DNA of 64,000 nucleotides from an uncultured cyanobacterium (GTDB lineage Bacteria > Cyanobacteriota > Cyanobacteriia > Cyanobacteriales > Nostocaceae). The notes below the pieces were generated by a model. It did no database searches and was not told where the DNA came from. It saw nothing but the letters and a program-made list of their open reading frames with translations. The stretch spans positions 4,448,001 through 4,512,000 of the forward strand of contig OY970166.1 of the NCBI GenBank assembly GCA_963706595.1, read 5' to 3'. The position numbers were made by a program, and so were the translations under genes. Shown in pieces: positions 30,401 to 41,692 of the stretch. Numbering within the stretch: the stretch's first letter is position 1; each line of letters begins with the position of its first letter.

Positions 30401-31225
30401 ATGAATATTGCCATTATTGGTTGTGGTTACGTTGGCTGTGCAGTTGCTCAATTGTGGCAGCAAAAGATGACCTTTATGGTTACAGCTACCACAACTACCC
30501 CTGAGCGTGTCTCGACTTTACAAAGTGTAGCCCAAAAAGTTGTAGTCACCCAAGGAAATGACCGAGAAAAACTAAAATCTGTCTTGCAAAATCAAGATAT
30601 TGTGTTGTTGAGTATCGGCGCAAAAGGGTCAAATTTATATGAAGATACTTATCTGAATACTGCGAAAACTCTAGTTGAAATTTTCCAAGATACTCCTAGT
30701 GTTAAGCAAGTAATATATACTGGAAGTTATTCAGTTTATGGCGACCATAATGGTGCTGTGGTAGATGAAGAAACCCTAGCGACACCAAGCCATGATCATG
30801 GAAAAATTCTCAAAGCAACTGAAGATATATTGCTAGGAGCATCTAGTGAAAAGCTCCGTGTTTGTATCTTAAGATTGGGGGGTATTTATGGACCGAACAG
30901 GGAACTGATCAAAATATTTAGTAGAGTTCCTGGTACAACTCGTCCCGGTAATGGTGAAGATGTCGCTAATTGGATTCACTTGGATGATATTGTTGGGGCG
31001 ATAGAATTTGCGCGTCTAAATCATTTGCAAGGTATTTATAATCTGGTAGATGATGCTGGTTTAACCAGTGGAGAGTTACTTGATAAATTAATGGAAACAC
31101 ACAATTTACCCCAAGTAAAATGGGATCACACTGCCAAAACTAACCGTCCATATAATGCGAAAGTATCCAATCAAAAAATCAAAGCTGCTGGCTATAAATT
31201 AATTCGTCCAAAGATGATTTTTTAA
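30401..31225 (+). CDS. Atypical SDR / NAD-dependent epimerase-family oxidoreductase
   Basis: IIGCGYVG Rossmann motif, LRLGGIYGP, NWIHLDD. Confidence 0.85.
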   Translation: MNIAIIGCGYVGCAVAQLWQQKMTFMVTATTTTPERVSTLQSVAQKVVVTQGNDREKLKSVLQNQDIVLLSIGAKGSNLYEDTYLNTAKTLVEIFQDTPSVKQVIYTGSYSVYGDHNGAVVDEETLATPSHDHGKILKATEDILLGASSEKLRVCILRLGGIYGPNRELIKIFSRVPGTTRPGNGEDVANWIHLDDIVGAIEFARLNHLQGIYNLVDDAGLTSGELLDKLMETHNLPQVKWDHTAKTNRPYNAKVSNQKIKAAGYKLIRPKMIF

Positions 31226-31244
31226 TAGCTTTTAACTAATTCCT

Positions 31245-32168
31245 ATGGTAAATACAGTGAATATCACAATATCTCCTACCCAATTTTACACTTGGCAAAA
31301 TTATCGTTGTGCCTACGAATTATATCAACCAGCTAATTCCAGCAGTGAGGGTTTACCTTTACTTCTAATTCATCCGATTGGTGTGGGGTTATCACGGCAA
31401 TTTTGGCAAAGATTTCGTAAGCAATGGTCGAGAAAAGGTTATAAAAATCTTATTTACAATCCTGACTTACTCGGATGTGGTGAAAGTGATATGCCTCGTG
31501 TGGCTTATACTCCTAAAGATTGGGCAGAACAACTAGATTACTTTTTGCAAACAGTAGTAAAACAACCTGTGATAATTGTAGTTCAAGGTGCTTTATTAGC
31601 AGTTGCTATTGAGTTAGTTCAAAAACAATCAAACTTAATTGCTGGAATGATTTTAGCTGGTCCTCCAGCTTGGCCAGTGATTACTAAAAATTCATCAGCA
31701 TTACAGCAAAAAATAGCTTGGAATATTTTTAATTCGCCTGTTGGGAATGCTTTTTATCGCTATGCGCGGACAGAAAAGTTTTTGCGTTCTTTCTCAATTC
31801 GGAAACTTTTTGCTTCTGAAAATGCTGTGGATAAAGAATGGTTAGATATGTTAGTTGCGGGGGCGGAAAATCCTGAAAGTCGCCATGCAGTATTTTCGTT
31901 TTTGGCGGGATTTTGGCGACAGGATTATAGTAGTTATCTTGCTTGTATCAATCAGCCGACATTGGTAGTTTTGGGAGAAACTGCATTGAGTATTAGCAAA
32001 GAAGGTAAACAAGAGACACCAGATGAACGCATGGCTGATTATCTCGGCTGTTTACCTCAAGGTAGTGGAATTAAGTTACCGGGACGCAACGTTTTACCCT
32101 ATGAATCAACAGTAGAATTTGTAGAAGCGATCGCACCATTTATCGCCAGCTTAAAAATTGTAACCTAA
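31245..32168 (+). CDS. Alpha/beta-fold hydrolase
   Basis: LLLIHPIGVG, PDLLGCGESD, PTLVVLG. Confidence 0.8.
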   Translation: MVNTVNITISPTQFYTWQNYRCAYELYQPANSSSEGLPLLLIHPIGVGLSRQFWQRFRKQWSRKGYKNLIYNPDLLGCGESDMPRVAYTPKDWAEQLDYFLQTVVKQPVIIVVQGALLAVAIELVQKQSNLIAGMILAGPPAWPVITKNSSALQQKIAWNIFNSPVGNAFYRYARTEKFLRSFSIRKLFASENAVDKEWLDMLVAGAENPESRHAVFSFLAGFWRQDYSSYLACINQPTLVVLGETALSISKEGKQETPDERMADYLGCLPQGSGIKLPGRNVLPYESTVEFVEAIAPFIASLKIVT

Positions 32169-32560
32169 CTCTGAAACAAACCAGGGATAAGCCAAGTGCT
32201 TCTCTTGTAAAGGAAATTGTGGAAACCCTTGATTTGACGTTGGTCGTTGCAGTATTTTGAGACAAAGCAAATTACTACACCATTACTGCCTTATCTTAGC
32301 TGTCATCTTGAAATGCTTAAATTTTGATTTGCTGTTTTTTGGGGTTCACCAATTTTGGGATTATAACTCTGTGCTGCTAATGAGGCATACTCTATATCGG
32401 TCATGTTGAGATTGTGAATCATGGCTTTTCCTCAACAATTTGGTAGATGTTGGCAGAGCGATCGCCATAGGCATCGTATAATTACGTATTGGATTCTACC
32501 TCAGACAAAAGTAGAATATCATCAAAAGCAACACAGGTAATAAACAGTTAGACTATAAAA

Positions 32561-33901
32561 CTAGGACGCTGCATACTTTTGTTTTAGCAAAGCTCGGAAC
32601 TCAGGCATAGTCATAGATAACGCACCGCCGGGGTCGTTTTTATTACCAGGTCTTCCGCCTTCATCACAGCATTCATCATGACCTTTAACATCATCAAAAG
32701 AAAAGATATCTGGTGCTTGTGATTTGAGCCATAACAACAGTTTAATTAATGATTCCTCTTGGGCTGGTGTATATTTCTGATACCATCCTTCCCGTTGAGA
32801 ACCATTGCGTTTAACATAGCGCATTTCTGATTCTGGGAAATATTCACTGGTTTTTTTATGGAACCAAGCTTTAAACCTCCGTTCTCCATTCACTGTTTGT
32901 GGTTCACAACGTCCAACGGCAACTATTTCAATTCCCACGCTGTATTTATGGTGATATGTACCACTATGAGAACCACCCCGATTTAAGGGAAATGCTTGGT
33001 AAATTACACCATCACGACCCATTACCAAACAGGGAAAACCTCTTTCGCCCAGGTATTTTAAAGTTCCTATGGGGTTATCACGTCCTGCTGTAAAATGAAC
33101 TACCGCACCCTTTGGATATCCCTTGTCATAAGTCCATTTTGTTGGTATATCAAATGGATGTTGTGCAAATGGTATCCATAGTTTTTCATCTCCTTTAGGT
33201 TCTGGTTCTATGGTCAGTAATGCTTTCCAGAAATCAGGATCAGTAATACCATCAACTTTAATATTAAACTGTTTTTCAAATTGTTTTTCTACTGAAACCA
33301 CTGCTTGTTTAGTTTTTGCACCAAAAATACCATCAACCTTTAAACCTGCATTAATACGGTTATTCAGTTCATTTTGCAAAACCTTGACCGCTTCTCCCCT
33401 ATCTCCTTCTTTGAGTTCTGGGTACTCGGCTGCTGCCTCTGCAATCAATTCCTGAGCTTCGTTGTATAAATTATTGATGATGTACTCATGATAAGTTAGA
33501 CCACCATGTTGGGATTTCCAGGTATCGGTATAACCGGGAGGACACCAAATAGGACCAATAAAAGCAAGGAAATCTTTAGCACTGCTAACATGATTACGCC
33601 ATCCTTTGTAGGGAGAACGTTCAACAAACCGCCAATAACCACGTACTGCATCTATGGGATTAGCGAACTTACAAAAATTATCACCACCAGTTGGTTCACT
33701 ATTGGTTGAATAATAGACAGAAGTAGCAATACCTTTCATTTCTTCACGCCATTTCATCCCGTGAAAATTATGATGTAGTTTTGCTAAATCAGTGCTACCA
33801 CGTCCACTTTCTAAAATTGCCTGTGCTAAACACGCTGTCTTTAGTTGCGGAAATTCAATATCTGTCTGTGCCACAGCTTCAACAAATTCCTGCCAACTCA
33901 T
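32561..33901 (-). CDS. Multidomain peptidoglycan hydrolase (GH73 glucosaminidase-like, PG-binding, and N-acetylmuramoyl-L-alanine amidase domains)
   Basis: AQAILESG...NFHGMK; LKEGDRGEAVKVLQ...VDGIFGAKT; VVHFTAG...SVGIE...KGHDE...KNDPG. Start set at MSWQEF. Confidence 0.8.
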   Translation of the reverse strand: MSWQEFVEAVAQTDIEFPQLKTACLAQAILESGRGSTDLAKLHHNFHGMKWREEMKGIATSVYYSTNSEPTGGDNFCKFANPIDAVRGYWRFVERSPYKGWRNHVSSAKDFLAFIGPIWCPPGYTDTWKSQHGGLTYHEYIINNLYNEAQELIAEAAAEYPELKEGDRGEAVKVLQNELNNRINAGLKVDGIFGAKTKQAVVSVEKQFEKQFNIKVDGITDPDFWKALLTIEPEPKGDEKLWIPFAQHPFDIPTKWTYDKGYPKGAVVHFTAGRDNPIGTLKYLGERGFPCLVMGRDGVIYQAFPLNRGGSHSGTYHHKYSVGIEIVAVGRCEPQTVNGERRFKAWFHKKTSEYFPESEMRYVKRNGSQREGWYQKYTPAQEESLIKLLLWLKSQAPDIFSFDDVKGHDECCDEGGRPGNKNDPGGALSMTMPEFRALLKQKYAAS

Positions 33902-34198
33902 ACTATAAACCTTTGTAAAATATAAAACTAGCCTTTTTTTATCATATTTCTGGCTTTTCAAAGATATACTGCTACAAAAAGTTAATAAATACTTGAACTA
34001 ACTAACCTATATTAAATTGACTGCGATTAACTAAAACATTTGTTTAAAAGCGGTCTTGTTTTGCGCGTATCCCGCTTGAACCCCGTATTGGCGAGAAAAC
34101 TATGAGATTAAGCGATTGCGCGGAGCGCAGTGCCGGAAGCGATCGCCACTCCTCATTTATAGCTAGAATCAGAATGTTTACTTATTTGTGCTGAAGTT

Positions 34199-34570
34199 GT
34201 GGCTACTATATCTTGTCCCCATTGCCATCAACTCGTTGATAATCAGGCAATTACTTGCCCTTATTGTCGGACAACCCTCAAAGCTTACGGTCATCCCGGA
34301 ATTCCACTGCACCGTGCGACTGGGAAAGAGTATCTGTGCGACAGCTGCACATACCACGCCGATAATACTTGCAACTTTCCTCAACACCCTTACGCTAAAG
34401 ACTGTACACTGTACGACAACCTGGAACAGAGCCAGTTGAGATTACAGGCGCAACGTCAAAGTAGCAACTTTGGGGCAACTGTGAAAAACTGGAGTCAACG
34501 CCATCAGTCTTTGCTGCTGCTATTAGGTTTATTATTCGTCTGTTTGCTTGTAGTTTTGTCAACTGGTTGA
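34199..34570 (+). CDS. Zinc-ribbon protein with C-terminal TM anchor
   Basis: CPHC..CPYC..CDSC cysteine pairs and a hydrophobic C-terminus. Confidence 0.75.
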   Translation: MATISCPHCHQLVDNQAITCPYCRTTLKAYGHPGIPLHRATGKEYLCDSCTYHADNTCNFPQHPYAKDCTLYDNLEQSQLRLQAQRQSSNFGATVKNWSQRHQSLLLLLGLLFVCLLVVLSTG

Positions 34571-34576
34571 TAAACC

Positions 34577-36547
34577 TTAAACAGCAGGAATTGTGATGGT
34601 TTCAGTCGGAGAATCAACTAGGATTTTTGGCTGTTCTTCAAATAGCGTTAAGTCGAACCAAAAAGTAGTACCCACGCCCACTTCACTCACCAGATGCATT
34701 TGACTGCGATGCCGTTCCATGATGTTTCTGACAATGGATAAACCCAAGCCAGTACCTTCGAGAGTGTGAACTCGGTTTTCTACCCGGAAAAAGCGGTCAA
34801 ATATTGCTTGTTGGTCTTCTGAAGCAATGCCAATACCAGTATCAGATATTTCCACCCGCACATAAGCCTGCTGATTGTGTAAATTAGGCTTGGGATCTAA
34901 TTGGTAGGCGCGAATTGCAACTTGACCACCAGACTCAGAAAATTTGAGAGAATTACCCACCAAATTCGCTAATACTTGTAACAATAAATCATAATTACCC
35001 AAAACTAAGGGCAAATCCAGGGGTACTTCCTGAATTAGTTCAATACCTTTGTCCCTAGCATTGAGTTGGTAAGTACGTAGGGTTTGGTCGATGGCTTGGG
35101 CTAAATCTACGCCACCAAAGTTGTAGCTGCGTCCAGATTCGAGTTTGGATAAATCCAAGACATCGTTAACTAAACGGGTAAGTCTGTCGGTTTCATTATT
35201 GACAGTTTGTAGAAAATCCTGACGTTGTTCTACACTCAAGTCTTCGCCGTACTCATGCAAAGTTTCAATAAAGGATTTGATATTAAATAGCGGCGTGCGT
35301 AATTCGTGAGAAACATTACTGATAAATTGGCTTTTAGCTTCATTCAGTTCTACCTCACGAGTGATATCTTGGACGGTGATGGCAATACCTTTGATGCTTT
35401 CTCGTTGTAAGTTGAGTACAGTAGTCAAGAGAATGCGGACGGTGCGCTTGGTAGGTTCATGCAAATGAATCCGGAACTCAGCACTTTCACATTCACCTGC
35501 GGCCATTTCATACAAAGGGCGGGTAATTTCCGTCTGTACCGCCGGGGGTAAATGATGTAAAACGTTGCAACCCTCGACTTCTATCCCTTCCCAGCCAAAA
35601 ATGCGCCGCGCTGTGGGGTTAACTAAAATCACCTGCATACTGTTATCAATTAACACAGCACCATCGGCGATTGTAGAAACCAGTGTTTCGAGTTTAGCTT
35701 TTTCTGCGGTTAATTCCTCAATATTTTGCTCCTCATAGCGCTCTAGACGCTCTGCCATTTCATTAAAACTGAGAATTACCTCTCCGAGTTCGCCACCCAG
35801 AGGTAAGTCAATGCGCTGCTTAAAATTACCCGCAGCAATTTGTTTTACCCCCACCAGCAGTTCTTTAATGGGCTTGGTAATGGTTAAAGCGTTCACCACT
35901 CCCGCTAAAATCACCATGACCCAAATTGTGATAAAAACGGCAATGGTAACATCACGAGTAAAATTAGTGGAAATAACTGCGGTTTGGTTGGGGTTGATGC
36001 CTATCGCCAATACACCCTGGTATTTTTGATCGACAATCAGGGGAATAAATACATCGGTGACTATACCATCTGGGGTCAAGTGTTGCCGCACCATCGGCTT
36101 TTCTAAGTCGTTGGTGTAATCTTCTGGTAGTTGTATGCGTCGTTCAATGGTGAGGGAGTTTTCTACTTCTGGTTGTGAAAAAGGAATGCCGAAAAATATT
36201 TTTCCAGTTTGGTCAGCGTAGAGCATATAACGCACACTGGAGGTGGTGCTATAGAAACGTTGGGAAAATTGGGCAACTTCTGTGAGATTATGATCGGCTA
36301 TCAAGGGAGCAACGTTAGCAGCCAGCAGTAGTCCTAAATCACGACCAAAGCGGGTATCATTCATTCGGGCATCTTGCTGAATTGTATTCACAGCCCAGAA
36401 GGTGAGACCACTCATGACCAATGACACTACCAAAGTGGCGGCGGCTAAAAGTTTAGTTTGGAGGGTAAATTCAGTCCACCAGTTGGCGAGTGTCTTGGAT
36501 ACGCCGTTGGCGAACGCTTCTCGGATTGTTTTTAAAGGAGCCAGCAT
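34577..36547 (-). CDS. nblS: Sensor histidine kinase NblS/Hik33 (TM-HAMP-PAS-HisKA-HATPase)
   Basis: WWTEFTLQTKLLA, MNDTRFGRDLGLLLA, VSHELRTPLFNI, RVENRVHTLEGTGLGL. Confidence 0.93.
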   Translation of the reverse strand: MLAPLKTIREAFANGVSKTLANWWTEFTLQTKLLAAATLVVSLVMSGLTFWAVNTIQQDARMNDTRFGRDLGLLLAANVAPLIADHNLTEVAQFSQRFYSTTSSVRYMLYADQTGKIFFGIPFSQPEVENSLTIERRIQLPEDYTNDLEKPMVRQHLTPDGIVTDVFIPLIVDQKYQGVLAIGINPNQTAVISTNFTRDVTIAVFITIWVMVILAGVVNALTITKPIKELLVGVKQIAAGNFKQRIDLPLGGELGEVILSFNEMAERLERYEEQNIEELTAEKAKLETLVSTIADGAVLIDNSMQVILVNPTARRIFGWEGIEVEGCNVLHHLPPAVQTEITRPLYEMAAGECESAEFRIHLHEPTKRTVRILLTTVLNLQRESIKGIAITVQDITREVELNEAKSQFISNVSHELRTPLFNIKSFIETLHEYGEDLSVEQRQDFLQTVNNETDRLTRLVNDVLDLSKLESGRSYNFGGVDLAQAIDQTLRTYQLNARDKGIELIQEVPLDLPLVLGNYDLLLQVLANLVGNSLKFSESGGQVAIRAYQLDPKPNLHNQQAYVRVEISDTGIGIASEDQQAIFDRFFRVENRVHTLEGTGLGLSIVRNIMERHRSQMHLVSEVGVGTTFWFDLTLFEEQPKILVDSPTETITIPAV

Positions 36548-36665
36548 TTTAAATAAAGTTGTTAGTAGTTTCGGTTATTCAACGCCAACAACTAAAAAAT
36601 TAACAGTTAATTTGATCAATATGTTAATTGAAAGATGAGGGTAGGTGGGAAATGCCAATTTTTCG

Positions 36666-36697
<32 letters not shown>

Positions 36698-36999
36698 GTG
36701 GGGAGTGGGGAGTGGGGAGTGGGTTAAAACCCGAAATGGTGTCTAAGTTTGATTATTCCTTTATGTCTTAACCTCCTTGGCGGTTGCTATACCTCAATCA
36801 TACTGTGGTATTTGTGGTCTTCGCTGTCTTCTTGATTTTGGATGCGGTCTGCAAAGTAGACGGACAGATATACTGCATATTTCATCTGAGTAGGTACTAG
36901 GCGGGCAAGACTTGTACTGAGCTTGTCGAAGTATGCCCACCCCACAAGAGTTATAAAATGAAGATGTGTATTTGATTTACTGCGAAAGTGCTGTAATTT

Positions 37000-38277
37000 C
37001 TACTTCAGGACTCGATGACCGATGTCTTTTCGGTAATACATTCCTTCAAATTCTAAGGATTTGATTCCAGTGTATGCCTGAGCGATCGCCTCCTGAAAAT
37101 CTTTGCCGATGGCAGTCACATTTAACACTCTTCCCCCATCTGTGACTATTTGTTGTTGCTGGTTTAATTTCGTACCTGCGTGAAATACGGTCACTCCGGC
37201 GGCTTCCGCTTCTTTAATTCCAGTAATCACTTGGCCTTTGTCGTATTCCCCTGGATAACCACCGGAAGCGGCGACTACAGTGGCAGCAGCCCCTTGTTTC
37301 CAAGCTATGGGGGGCATTTCGCCTAAACGCTGCTGTACACAGGCTAAAATCAATTCTTCTAGGGGTGTGTCTAACAGTGGCAAAATCACCTGAGTTTCAG
37401 GATCACCGAAGCGACAGTTAAATTCTAAAACCTTCAAGTCACCATCGGGGGCAATCATTAATCCAGCATACAGTACGCCTCGGTAGTCGATGCCTCTGGA
37501 TCTTAAACAGGCGATCGCTCTTTCCAAAACTTCTGTTTGAACGCGTGACATTAACTCTGGTGTCGCAATAGGTGCGGGGGCATAAGCTCCCATCCCACCA
37601 GTATTTTCACCTGTATCGCCCTCTCCAATCCGCTTATGATCTTGCGCTGGTAGCAAAGGGCGAATAGTTAACCCATCAGTCAAGGCTAAAACTGATACCT
37701 CCTGCCCAATCAAACATTCTTCCACAACTACAAAATTGCCCGCACTCCCAAACTGTCCCTGAAAAATGGCATCAATAGCATTTTCAGCCTGTTCTAAAGT
37801 TTCAGCAACTATCACACCCTTACCTGCTGCCAAACCGTCAGCTTTTACCACTATGGGTATTCCCTGTGCTTTCAGATAAGATTTGGCTGCTGCTGCTTCA
37901 GTAAATACCGCAGCCTTAGCTGTAGGAATCCCCGCTTCTTGCATTAAAGCCTTAGCCCAAGCCTTACTCGCTTCAATTTGCGCTCCGGCTCTCACCGGAC
38001 CAAATACCATTAGTCCTTGACTTTGGAGGTAATCTGTGATGCCCATTGCTAGGGGTACTTCTGGCCCGACTACCACCAAAGAAATGTTATTTTCCAGAGC
38101 ATATCGGCTCATACCTTCAAAATCATCGACAGCCAAAGGCAAATTCTGACAATGTTCCAGAGTTGCACTACCGCCGTTTCCTGGCACACAGACAACCTGC
38201 TGAATTTGCGGAGATTGTAACAGTTTCCAGGCTAGAGCGTGTTCGCGCCCTCCATTACCAACAACTAAAACTTTCAC
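37000..38277 (-). CDS. purD: Phosphoribosylamine-glycine ligase
   Basis: GNGGREHALAWKL, KADGLAAGKGV, QDHKR, EFNCRFGDPE. Confidence 0.96.
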   Translation of the reverse strand: MKVLVVGNGGREHALAWKLLQSPQIQQVVCVPGNGGSATLEHCQNLPLAVDDFEGMSRYALENNISLVVVGPEVPLAMGITDYLQSQGLMVFGPVRAGAQIEASKAWAKALMQEAGIPTAKAAVFTEAAAAKSYLKAQGIPIVVKADGLAAGKGVIVAETLEQAENAIDAIFQGQFGSAGNFVVVEECLIGQEVSVLALTDGLTIRPLLPAQDHKRIGEGDTGENTGGMGAYAPAPIATPELMSRVQTEVLERAIACLRSRGIDYRGVLYAGLMIAPDGDLKVLEFNCRFGDPETQVILPLLDTPLEELILACVQQRLGEMPPIAWKQGAAATVVAASGGYPGEYDKGQVITGIKEAEAAGVTVFHAGTKLNQQQQIVTDGGRVLNVTAIGKDFQEAIAQAYTGIKSLEFEGMYYRKDIGHRVLK

Positions 38278-38625
38278 TTATTTCCTCGTGCGTCCCTTGT
38301 GAAACGAGAACACCCTAGCGGGGAACTCGTGGATCAATTTTTTCATCAATTATTGTGCTTATGCAAGTCCCTAATCAAATTTTGTGCTAATCACATTAGA
38401 GGTTATACTTATTTTATTCGTATATTTAAGGAGTAATTCTATTGTTTTAGAACAATAAAGTTATAAGTACTTAGAAAATATCAATACAGGTCTTCAGTAT
38501 TTATCATGGATTTTTAAACGTTAAAACAATTAACTGCAAAGAACTTGCTAATTCATGACATTTGATGATTTTAACTATTAACCTGTGAATATTGAAAATA
38601 AACACATATCCATAGCAGAGAAAAC

Positions 38626-39595
38626 ATGACTAAAAATATTGTTACTGGCGCGGCAGGATTTATTGGTTCTCACCTTGTGGACGCATTACTGCAACAAGGA
38701 CAAGAAGTAATCGGAATTGATCAATTTAACGATTACTACGATCCGATGTTAAAGCACAAAAATATTGCACATTTACAAGATTCACCTAATTTTACTTTAA
38801 TTGCGGAAGATATTCAGTCTTTAGATTGGGCGGCGCTGCTTCAAGATGTTGATGTAGTTTACCATCAGGCGGCACAAGCTGGGGTCAGAGCCAGTTGGGG
38901 GGAAGGATTCCGTAATTATACTGAACGTAATATCAGTGCCACCCAAGTTTTGTTAGAAGCCGCAAAGGATGCTCACAACCTGAAAAGATTAGTATTTGCC
39001 TCTACATCTAGTGTCTATGGCGATGCCGAAACATTACCCACCAGTGAAAAAATTCCGCCGCAACCAGTTTCTCCTTATGGGATTACCAAACTAGCGGCTG
39101 AACGTTTGTGTAGACTATATCACAAAAACTTTGGTGTACCGATGGTGGCATTACGCTATTTTACCGTTTATTGGACCCAGACAGCGCCCAGATATGGCAT
39201 TTCATAAATTTTTCCAAGCTATTTTGCAGGATGAGGCAATTCCCATTTACGGAGATGGACAGCAAACGCGAGATTTTACTTTTGTCAGTGATGCCATAGC
39301 GGCTAATTTAGCTGCTGCCACTGTACCAGAAGCGGTGGGTGAAATCTTCAATATTGGCGGTGGTAGCAGGGTAGTTTTAGCAGAAGTTTTGGATACTATG
39401 GCAGAAATAGTGGGCAAACCCATTAAAAAGAATTATATCGAAAAAGCGATGGGAGACGCGCGTCATACTGCGGCTGATGTCTCGAAAGCGAGGGAAATCT
39501 TAGGATATCAGCCCCAAGTTAGCTTAAGGGAGGGTTTAACGCAGGAATGGCAATGGGTACAGGCGTTATACGGAAAAGTGCTGATTGCTGAGTGA
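38626..39595 (+). CDS. NAD-dependent nucleotide-sugar epimerase/dehydratase, frameshifted at about 39171
   Basis: TGAAGFIGS and YGITK motifs. The conserved FTVYGPRQRPDMA is split by one extra T (GTTTATTGGACCC). Confidence 0.85.
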
Positions 39596-39661
39596 AGAAA
39601 GTAAAGTTCTGTCTAAGTTTTTTTCCCCCTGCACCCTGCCCCCTGCTCCCCTGCCTCTTTT

Positions 39662-41263
39662 TCAAAGGGTGTTATTGCTGAGGGTAGAGGCTGCTTCAAT
39701 AATTTGCTTCATTACCCACACATTATTTGTTCCCATCAAAACAATTAAAGCTACTAAACCAGCTTTGTAAAACCTATTTTTAATTAATGAAAGGTTGGTG
39801 ACAATTGCTAGAACCAAAAAAGTAAAGTGACAGGTATAGAGAAACATTTCATGTACACCAAATATCGAATGAAGTGCGATATTAAATAGAATGCATAGGA
39901 AAAGTCCGTAGAACATAGGCCTGTTCTGATGAATCATTTGTATGTTCTTGAATAGGCCTGAAATAAAAATAGACAGCCAAAGAAGAATCCCTGCTAACCC
40001 CACGAGATTGTAATTCAGAGGACGCTCAAAAAAGCCGATAATTGGTTTGCGAGTGAGCATTTCCTCCGCTAGTGGCAAAGGTGAGGCTGTGACGAAATTG
40101 ACAATGAAAAAATGTTGTCCCAATTCATGGAGCGTAGTTAAAGGTTGATTAATAATGTTAATGGCTGTATATTTTAGCTCTGTTACAACTGTTGAAGGTA
40201 CGAAAAATAGAGCTGCGTTGGGAAAAATTCTGTCTTGAATCAGACTTAATAAAAAAGATATTAGCAATACAACACCAATATATTCTGCAACGATGGCAAG
40301 TCTATCTTTTCGGCGAAGCAAAATAACGACTATCGAAAAGCAAATGATGCTTTGGGCAAAATTGGTAATCGTGATGCCAAATGTAAAGAACCCTGTTAAA
40401 ACCCAATATTCAGTGTATAGTTTTTTGTCTCTTAAACAAATAAAGAATAATATATGGGTGGCAATAATGCTAGCAGCAGCAAAGGCATAGGTTTCTGGTA
40501 TCATTCCAAAAGCTAACTGGCTCATACTGAAGCCAAATACGAGCGTTAAAAGTGTCGCATCAAGAAATTTTCCCAGCACCAAGCGAAAGAAAATAAAGGC
40601 TAAGAAAACTGCTAAACTGGCAAAAAAAGCATTCAGAAGGATAACGGTTACGACTTTAGATGAGATTAATTGATGTAGACCTGAACCTATAAAATCTACA
40701 AACAGCAGAATTAAGGGATGAGATCCTTTGTGATTACTGTTCCACTCCATAGATGTCCAACCGTTTATCTGCTCACCAATATCTGATCCAAAGTAGTCAA
40801 ATGTGTTGAAATAGGGCGATATTTGTAGACCCAGTATCACATAAATGATAAAAAAAGTTCCCGGGATACAGATTGTGGCAACTATTAACTTCCAATCTCG
40901 ATCTGGAAGCAGATTTTTTTTCATTCCTGCTATGAACTGGTGAAAAATGTTGGCATAATTAAAGTTATTTCTAATTTGCCGGAAATATTTCACCGATGAC
41001 ACAGCACCTATTAAACAAAAAGCTCCTAACAGGTTAAAGGCAATAAAAAATTTAATATACCTGAGAATATAAAAATCTAGGGGATTTTCTTCGCGACCTG
41101 AGAGGGGTTTGATAATAAAGAATGATTCACCTGAATATAATCTTGAAATAATGGGATGTACAACTAACAAAGAGACAAGTAAATTAAATATTACTAAGGT
41201 TAGAGTAGCTAAAAGAATCTTATTTCTCTGACTTAGCGATGTAACAGGTTGTTGTAGTTGCAT
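39662..41263 (-). CDS. Polytopic membrane protein, GT-C-like glycosyltransferase candidate
   Basis: More than 10 hydrophobic segments, with loop motifs FGSD...HPL and PETY; last gene of the UbiA cluster. Confidence 0.55.
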   Translation of the reverse strand: MQLQQPVTSLSQRNKILLATLTLVIFNLLVSLLVVHPIISRLYSGESFFIIKPLSGREENPLDFYILRYIKFFIAFNLLGAFCLIGAVSSVKYFRQIRNNFNYANIFHQFIAGMKKNLLPDRDWKLIVATICIPGTFFIIYVILGLQISPYFNTFDYFGSDIGEQINGWTSMEWNSNHKGSHPLILLFVDFIGSGLHQLISSKVVTVILLNAFFASLAVFLAFIFFRLVLGKFLDATLLTLVFGFSMSQLAFGMIPETYAFAAASIIATHILFFICLRDKKLYTEYWVLTGFFTFGITITNFAQSIICFSIVVILLRRKDRLAIVAEYIGVVLLISFLLSLIQDRIFPNAALFFVPSTVVTELKYTAINIINQPLTTLHELGQHFFIVNFVTASPLPLAEEMLTRKPIIGFFERPLNYNLVGLAGILLWLSIFISGLFKNIQMIHQNRPMFYGLFLCILFNIALHSIFGVHEMFLYTCHFTFLVLAIVTNLSLIKNRFYKAGLVALIVLMGTNNVWVMKQIIEAASTLSNNTL

Positions 41264-41307
41264 AATTAATACTGATTTATGGAAATACTAAAATGACAAA
41301 GATTTCA

Positions 41308-41643
41308 CTAAGTTTTGGCTAAAGCGATCGCCCAAATACCACTTAATACTAAACCCACCCCTATCCATTGAGAAATTAATACTTTTTCACGCAAAATTAG
41401 AGACCCAGCAACCATTGTGGCAACAATTGTTAAACCTATAACCATTGGATAGGCAACAGATAAATTCATTTTCCCTAAAACTAATATATAGAATATAGTA
41501 CTCAATCCATAACTACAAATACCTCCGAACAAATAAATATTTAAAGGATTTTGACCTGCTCCTAGTTTCAATAGAGTTTGTGCTAGTGTGTTTAACCCCA
41601 CTGTAATTAAAATTAGTAAACTAAAGATAATTGGGTTGGTCAT
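41308..41643 (-). CDS. SMR/EamA-like small 4-TM transporter (ArnE/F-like flippase candidate)
   Basis: AQTLLKLG, LSVAYP, REKV...WIGVGLV. Confidence 0.8.
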   Translation of the reverse strand: MTNPIIFSLLILITVGLNTLAQTLLKLGAGQNPLNIYLFGGICSYGLSTIFYILVLGKMNLSVAYPMVIGLTIVATMVAGSLILREKVLISQWIGVGLVLSGIWAIALAKT

Positions 41644-41692
41644 AACGGCAATTTTTTACCTACATTCCTGATGTTTTGCTTACTCATAAAAA

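Noticed and set aside
32170..34190. Prophage remnant around the peptidoglycan hydrolase
   Set aside because: No integrase, holin, structural genes or att-like repeats are visible.
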